A stretch of DNA of 64,000 nucleotides from an uncultured delta proteobacterium (lineage in GTDB: Bacteria; Desulfobacterota; Binatia; Binatales; Binataceae), in the NCBI GenBank assembly GCA_963774665.1, contig CAVZGB010000015.1, positions 68,823 to 132,822 on the forward strand, in the 5' to 3' direction. The position numbers and the translations under genes were made by a program. Position 1 is the stretch's first letter; each line of letters opens with the position of its first letter. Positions 58,878-64,000 of this stretch are shown here, piece by piece. The notes beneath the pieces are model-generated. The model searched no databases and had not been told where the DNA came from. It saw only the letters and a program-made list of their open reading frames with translations.

Positions 58878-59758
58878 GCCGCAACTTTGACCGCCATGTC
58901 GTCCTGTTCCTGCTTTACGGGCACCACCTGGCGCTCGAGGTAGTACTTGGCGATGAGCGTCGCAATCGCGAGCAGGGTGAGCAGCGACGAGACCGCAAAC
59001 GCGGCCGCGAATTGGTAGTCATTGTACAGAATCTCGATGTACAGCGGCATCGTGTTGGTATGCCCGCGGATATGCCCCGATACGACAGAGACCGCGCCGA
59101 ACTCGCCCATCGCGCGCGCGTTGCACAGCACCATCCCGTACAGCAGGCCCCATTTGACGTTGGGAATCGTCACGCGAAAAAACATTTGCCATCCGCCGGC
59201 GCCCAGCACGATCGCGGCTTCCTCTTCCTCGCTGCCGACCGCCTGCATGATCGGAATCAGCTCGCGCGCGGCGAGCGGAAACGTGACGAAGATCGTCGCG
59301 AGCACGATTCCCGGCTCCGCGAAGATAATTCTGATTCCGTGGTCGGCGAGCCATCCGCCGAGCGGCGCGCGCACCCCGAGCAGCAGCACGAACAGCATCC
59401 CCGCGATCACCGGCGAGACCGAGAACGGGATGTCGATAAGCGTCAGCAGCATTTGCTTGCCGGGAAAATCGAAGCGCGCGATCGCCCACGACGCGGCGAT
59501 TCCGAAAATGACGTTGAGCGGCACCGCGATCGCGGCAGTCATCAGCGTCAGGCGGATTGCGGCGCGCGCCTCGGGATCTGTGATCGCGGCGAAGTACGCG
59601 CCGATTCCCTTCTGCAGCGCCTCGGTGAAGACCGCGATGACCGGGATGAAAATGAATAGCGCGACAAATACCAGCGCGATCGTGATCAACGCGATTCTGA
59701 CCGCCGGCGGATCGGCAGTCCCGGGTTTTTTCGGCGCGCTTTGCGTTTGAGTGGCCAT
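58874..59758 (-). CDS. cysW: sulfate ABC transporter permease CysW
   Basis: EAA-type permease with characteristic CysTW blocks. Start at Met13 of the track ORF. Confidence 0.85.
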   Translation of the reverse strand: MATQTQSAPKKPGTADPPAVRIALITIALVFVALFIFIPVIAVFTEALQKGIGAYFAAITDPEARAAIRLTLMTAAIAVPLNVIFGIAASWAIARFDFPGKQMLLTLIDIPFSVSPVIAGMLFVLLLGVRAPLGGWLADHGIRIIFAEPGIVLATIFVTFPLAARELIPIMQAVGSEEEEAAIVLGAGGWQMFFRVTIPNVKWGLLYGMVLCNARAMGEFGAVSVVSGHIRGHTNTMPLYIEILYNDYQFAAAFAVSSLLTLLAIATLIAKYYLERQVVPVKQEQDDMAVKVAA

Positions 59759-59766
59759 CTGGAACG

Positions 59767-60609
59767 TCAGGCCGCCAGGCGGCGGCTGCTCCACCTTTGC
59801 AGCACGTTGATGCCGAGCAGAATGACGAATGACGCCGTCAGCATCACCACCGCGATCGCGGTCGCGCCGGCGTAGTCGAACTGCTCGAGCTTGCTCATGA
59901 TCAGCAGCGGAACAACTTCGGTATGCATCGGCATGTTGCCCGAGATGAATACCACCGAGCCGTATTCGCCGAGCGCGCGCGCAAACGCAAGTGCGAAGCC
60001 AGTCAGCAGCGCGGGAATCAGCGCAGGCGCGATTACCAATATGAAGGTCTGCAATCGGCTCGCGCCGAGCGTCGCCGCCGCTTCCTCGTACTCCTGATCG
60101 AGATCCTCAAGCACGGGCTGAATCGTGCGGACCACGAATGGCAGTCCGACGAAAGTAAGCGCGACGATCACGCCAAGCGGCGCGTACGCGACTTTGATTC
60201 CGAGCGGCGCGAGGTATCGGCCGATCCATCCGTTGCCCGCATAAATCGCAGTGAGAGTGATTCCCGCCACCGATGTCGGCAGCGCGAACGGCAGATCGAC
60301 CATCACGTCGATCAGCGTCTTGCCGGGAAATTCGTAGCGGACCAGGCTCCACGCCACGACGAAGCCGAACACCGAGTTGATTAGCGCGCCCGCGATCGAG
60401 GCGCCGAAGCTCAGCTTGTACGCCGCTATCGTGCGCGGACTTGCGACCGCGGCCCAGAACTGCGGCCAGGTCAGGGTGAAGGTCTTGAAGAAGATCGTCG
60501 AGATCGGAATCAGCACGACGATTCCGAGATAGGCGAGCGTGAAGCCGAGGGTCAGGCCGAATCCCGGCAGCACGTTCTTATTTCTCGGTTTCGTTTTCGT
60601 AGCCATCAC
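59767..60609 (-). CDS. cysT: sulfate ABC transporter permease CysT
   Basis: 280 aa with CysT-like TMs and an EAA loop (ATLGASRLQTF). Confidence 0.85.
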   Translation of the reverse strand: MMATKTKPRNKNVLPGFGLTLGFTLAYLGIVVLIPISTIFFKTFTLTWPQFWAAVASPRTIAAYKLSFGASIAGALINSVFGFVVAWSLVRYEFPGKTLIDVMVDLPFALPTSVAGITLTAIYAGNGWIGRYLAPLGIKVAYAPLGVIVALTFVGLPFVVRTIQPVLEDLDQEYEEAAATLGASRLQTFILVIAPALIPALLTGFALAFARALGEYGSVVFISGNMPMHTEVVPLLIMSKLEQFDYAGATAIAVVMLTASFVILLGINVLQRWSSRRLAA

Positions 60610-61641
60610 TTAACTTCCCGGCTGATAGATCTTGTCGAACACGCCGCCGTCGCCGAAGAACTTCGGCTGCGCCTGTTTCCATCCACCGAAATCCGCGTCG
60701 ATCGTCAGCAGGGGCAGGTTTGGGAACTGGCTCGCATACTTGGCGGCGACCGCCTGGTCTTGAGGACGGAAAAAATTCTGCGCGATTATTTCCTGGCCTG
60801 TTGGCGTGTACAGAAATTCCAGGTACGCCTTCGAGATGTCAGCCGTGCCATGGCGGCGGTCGACCTTGTCGATCCACGCGACCGGAGGCTCGGCCCGGAT
60901 GCTCAGCGACGGGTAGATGACCTCGTATTTGTCGGCGCCGAATTGCTTGATCGCCATCCGCGCCTCGTTTTCCCACGCGATCAGCACGTCGCCGATTTCG
61001 CGCTCGACGAAAGTAGTCGTCGAGCCGCGAGCACCGGAATCGAGCACCGGCACGTTTTTGTAGAGTGCGCTCACAAACGTCGCCGCCTTGGCCTCGTCGC
61101 CGCCGTTCTTCTTCAGGCCGTAGCCCCACGCCGCGAGAAAGTTCCATCGCGCGCCGCCCGAGGTCTTCGGATTCGGCGTGATCACCGCGATGCCCGGTTT
61201 CACCAGGTCATCCCAGTCGTGGATTTTTTTCGGATTTCCCTTGCGCACCAGCAGCACGATGGTCGAGGTGTAGGGGCAACTGTTGTCGGGCAGGCGCGAT
61301 TGCCAGCTTTTCGGCAACAAGTCGGCCTTCTCGACGATCGCATCGATGTCGCCGGCGAGGCCGAGCGTCACCACGTCGGCCTCGAGGCCGTCGATGACAG
61401 CGCGCGCCTGCTTGCCGGAGCCGCCGTGAGATTGGTTGATCGTTACGTCGTCGCCGGTCTTCGCTTTCCAATCCTTCGCGAACTGGGCGTTGACAGCTTC
61501 GTAGAGTTCGCGAGTGGGATCGTACGATACGTTAAGGAGTGTGATTTGAGCTGCGCGTGATTGCCCAACTCCGAGAGCGACGCTGGCCGCCACAACTATG
61601 GCGGCGAGCGCGTGCGTCATTTTTAATCTTTGAAGAGACAT
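60610..61641 (-). CDS. sbp: sulfate/thiosulfate-binding periplasmic protein (Sbp/CysP)
   Basis: Signal peptide plus [25 protein letters not shown] and other Sbp motifs. Start at aggaacaggaATG. Confidence 0.85.
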   Translation of the reverse strand: MSLQRLKMTHALAAIVVAASVALGVGQSRAAQITLLNVSYDPTRELYEAVNAQFAKDWKAKTGDDVTINQSHGGSGKQARAVIDGLEADVVTLGLAGDIDAIVEKADLLPKSWQSRLPDNSCPYTSTIVLLVRKGNPKKIHDWDDLVKPGIAVITPNPKTSGGARWNFLAAWGYGLKKNGGDEAKAATFVSALYKNVPVLDSGARGSTTTFVEREIGDVLIAWENEARMAIKQFGADKYEVIYPSLSIRAEPPVAWIDKVDRRHGTADISKAYLEFLYTPTGQEIIAQNFFRPQDQAVAAKYASQFPNLPLLTIDADFGGWKQAQPKFFGDGGVFDKIYQPGS

Positions 61642-61649
61642 TCCTGTTC

Positions 61650-63134
61650 CTAGCTCCCGAAGGAGATTTGCAGTTGCGACTCGAAGACGCTTTCGTTCGG
61701 GCGGTCCCTGGGCGCGCCTTTCACGCCGGCGCCGCCGTCGAAGTAAGTGTTCGCATAGTCGAACTGCCACTTGATGTTGGGGGTCAGGTACCAGTTGATG
61801 CCCGCCGCCAACTCGGTCGCGGTTTGCGCGGCCACGTTCGGAGCGGCGAAACCGAGCTGGAACTGGCGCGTATCCGCGGCGACATTGCTGATCCTGGCTG
61901 CCACCTCAAATGCGCCATAGAATCCATTGCGCGGGTCGAATGAATGATAAGGCTTGACCCAGCCGTAGGACGCGTCCTCCCCGGTCAAGTATGTAGGAAG
62001 CCTGCGCCATATAGCCGGTGTCGGTGAAGGTATCGGTCCGATTAATTAGCATTGGGGTTGGATTGCGCCCCTTTCTTAGTGAACAGGTTCAGCGAGTGCT
62101 GGTCCTGCGCATATTCGGCCATCAAGCCCAGGCCCCGCCAGTAGTAGTAAGCCTGCGGCTCGAGACGCGCGCGCAAGCCCGACGCGGTCACGCCCGAGTT
62201 GTAGGTGAACCAGGTACTCATGCCGTAGGTCCTGTAGATCGAGATCGTGCTGCCGCGTTCGTCGCCATAGGAACCGGCGAAACCGAAGCCCAGCCCCTTG
62301 AGGTATTCGTTTTCGCTAAGTACGAATGGGTTGGCGAAGATACGGCCGACGAAATCCTTGCCGTCATTGGTGTCGAGGTCGGTAGTGTCCGCGGCAGTGT
62401 TATTAGGCTACGCCATTCATTAGCGCGGCGTCATAGAAGAGGCGGCCGTCCAGCAGTCTGCCGTGCATGTCGAAACCCGTGTCGCGGTTCGGGACAATGT
62501 TCTGGATCTCCGAACGTTCGCTGAACATCAGGTCGCGGTCCGACTGCAAGCGCTCGAGATCAAGCGGCGCCTTGAACTTCCCGGCCCTCAGGCTGGCATA
62601 GTCCCAGTAGGTCATATTGATGTAGGCGTCCTGCAGCGTGACCCTGCCCTGGCCGAAGTCGGGCGTGATGTTGAAGTTGTAGTACTTGCCGAGCGAGCCG
62701 GTGAAAATCGGGCGCACCCGGTTCAGGAAGAATGTGCTGCCGATGTTTTTGTCGCTGCCGCTGGTGAAGAAGCGGCCGTCGCCCTGGATGATTCCACTCA
62801 AATTGAGATTGTAATCGTGGTTGGGTGAAGACAGAGAGAATCCCTCCGGGCCGACCGAGACCACAGGCATCGAGAGCGCCTTCTGATGCTCGGCCTGCGC
62901 GGTCTCTTGCTGGACTTCCAGCTTGCGGTCGATCACGTTCACTTTCTGGTCAAGTCCTTCCAGCGTGTCGACCCGGCTCTCGAGCCGGTTGATTTCGGTC
63001 TTGAGCAGTTGGATTTCCTGATCCTTCGGATCTGCGGATGCGGACTGTGCGCGCGCCGGCCGGGCGGCGAAGACCACCCCGATAATTACCGCCGCCAGCA
63101 GCACCGGCAGAATCGGCAAACTGAATTTTCTCAT
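61650..63134 (-). CDS. phosphate-selective porin O/P-family outer-membrane protein, fragmented by about 3 frameshifts (near 62400, 62050 and 61990)
   Basis: N-terminal ORF 62403..63134 has a signal peptide, a coiled coil and porin strands. The middle is readable in another frame ([23 protein letters not shown]...[13 protein letters not shown]). The C-terminal ORF 61650..61988 ends in a terminal Phe. It lies directly upstream of sbp-cysTWA. Confidence 0.7.
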
Positions 63135-63254
63135 CTCGGAAGCCCCTCATCGTTTGGGGAACTTCCGGATGTCCGGTCAGCTCGCGGTTGGAAATTATCT
63201 TTGTCATGGTGCAGCCGGATCCTTCCCTGGTCCGGGCCCCGTCATGGCCCTTGG

Positions 63255-64000
63255 TCATTTGATGCAGCCGCCGGGCTGGTTGTTGGTCGCCGTCGAATCG
63301 TTGGCGAACCATTTGTTGCTGCCGCAACTCGAGTTCGCGTCAAACAGGTCATTCTTCGAGTTGTGCGCGCCGCCGCCCAGCGTCTGATTGGTGACGATCG
63401 AGGTCTTGGCGCCGATGTCGAGCGCGACGCCGTAGTTGGTATTTCCGGCGATGCCACCGGTGAAAATGTAGTTGCCCGGCGACGGGCCGCTGCTGCATCC
63501 GCTGCCGGTAGGCCCGATGTTCGAGCATCCGACATAGAGCCCGATGTTTCCGTTGGTGAGAGTCTTGGAATTAGTGATGTCGCTGATCGACGTCTGCTTC
63601 ACCCATATTCCGTAATTGAGATTGGTCGACGCGGTCTGATTGGTCAGCTCGACAGCTTCTGCGTTGTTGAGTTCAACGCCTGCGGTGCCGTTGGTATTCG
63701 CAGTGAAGTCGTCCGCGACGACTTGTCGACCCTGGATGAGCAAGCCGACATCCCAGCCGCTTATCACCGTGCCCCGTCCTTCGAGGAAAATTGAACGGAA
63801 GGGATGGTGCACCCAGATGCCGATTCCCGTAGGCGTTACGCCCCCCGGACCGGTGACGGTTTTCTTGCCGGCATCCAGGATCACGAAGCTCGAGGCGATC
63901 TCGATGCATGCGCCGGCTGGTGTGAGTCCCTGGGTCGAATCGATTGCCAGCCCGATCTTGTAGGATCCAGGCTTGACGATCGTGCATCCGCACTGGTTGA
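63255..64000 (-). CDS. secreted Cys/Gly/Asn/Thr-rich parallel beta-helix repeat protein (3' part; gene continues beyond the window end)
   Basis: Repetitive G-N/T-x motifs (NTNGTAGV, TNGNIGLY, GNTNYGV) are typical of right-handed beta-helix proteins. The reading frame stays open to position 64000. Confidence 0.5.
   Translation of the reverse strand, partial: NQCGCTIVKPGSYKIGLAIDSTQGLTPAGACIEIASSFVILDAGKKTVTGPGGVTPTGIGIWVHHPFRSIFLEGRGTVISGWDVGLLIQGRQVVADDFTANTNGTAGVELNNAEAVELTNQTASTNLNYGIWVKQTSISDITNSKTLTNGNIGLYVGCSNIGPTGSGCSSGPSPGNYIFTGGIAGNTNYGVALDIGAKTSIVTNQTLGGGAHNSKNDLFDANSSCGSNKWFANDSTATNNQPGGCIK

Noticed and set aside
1-64000. Searched for CRISPR arrays, tRNA/rRNA genes, integrases, transposases and prophage genes
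   Set aside because: No regular repeat-spacer arrays, no tRNA-like GTTCGAnTC/acceptor patterns, and no recombinase or transposase ORFs were found. The low-GC islet has no mobility genes.

Overview
This is a 64 kb, high-GC (about 65%) bacterial chromosomal segment, probably Gram-negative: it carries an OprO/P-type porin, a Flp pilin, lipoprotein and TAT signal peptides, and REP-like repeats. The content is mostly housekeeping and accessory metabolism. A metal-homeostasis locus has a Fur-family regulator, an RcnR/CsoR-type regulator and a P1B-like P-type ATPase. There are two SAM methyltransferases, and an acyl-CoA dehydrogenase next to an APH-like phosphotransferase. A CoxM-CoxS-CoxL-type molybdenum hydroxylase operon sits with a MoaD-like gene. 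Other genes include UspA, an NmrA-like oxidoreductase, MarR, a Zn-dependent alcohol dehydrogenase, an orphan Flp pilin, crotonases, an aldose epimerase, a glycine-rich RRM RNA-binding protein and MtnA. A second APH-like phosphotransferase lies in a three-gene minus-strand cluster with two proteins of unknown function. A peptide-type ABC transporter is decayed: its binding-protein gene is shattered by frameshifts and no ATPase genes are present. There is a macro-domain protein, an MFS DHA2 transporter, and a polyphosphate-associated cluster of Ppx/GppA, two tandem thymidylate-kinase-like genes, a CHAD protein and SixA. Further genes are a secreted glycoside-hydrolase-like protein, a GMC oxidoreductase, an OPT transporter, a rhodanese interrupted by an in-frame TGA, two LLM-class oxidoreductases, GST, a polysaccharide deacetylase, an MBL hydrolase, an amidase, a VOC protein, an alkaline-phosphatase-family enzyme, GNATs, a DEAD-box helicase, an SCP-x-type thiolase with its DUF35 partner, MsrB, and a sulfate ABC operon (sbp-cysT-cysW-cysA) preceded by an OprO/P-like porin. 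The most unusual feature is a roughly 1.9 kb low-GC islet (about 7985-9900). It holds a small PD-(D/E)xK-like nuclease gene and a P-loop nucleotide-kinase-like protein fused to a Nudix-like domain, next to an orphan HigA-like antitoxin gene. I did not see tRNA or rRNA genes, CRISPR arrays, integrases or transposases. Caveat: about 15 genes show apparent single-base frameshifts (two of them hit three times each). That pattern points to indel-prone sequencing or assembly rather than authentic pseudogenes in most cases. Coordinates I derived by hand-counting bases may be off by a few nt; those derived from the ORF track are exact.
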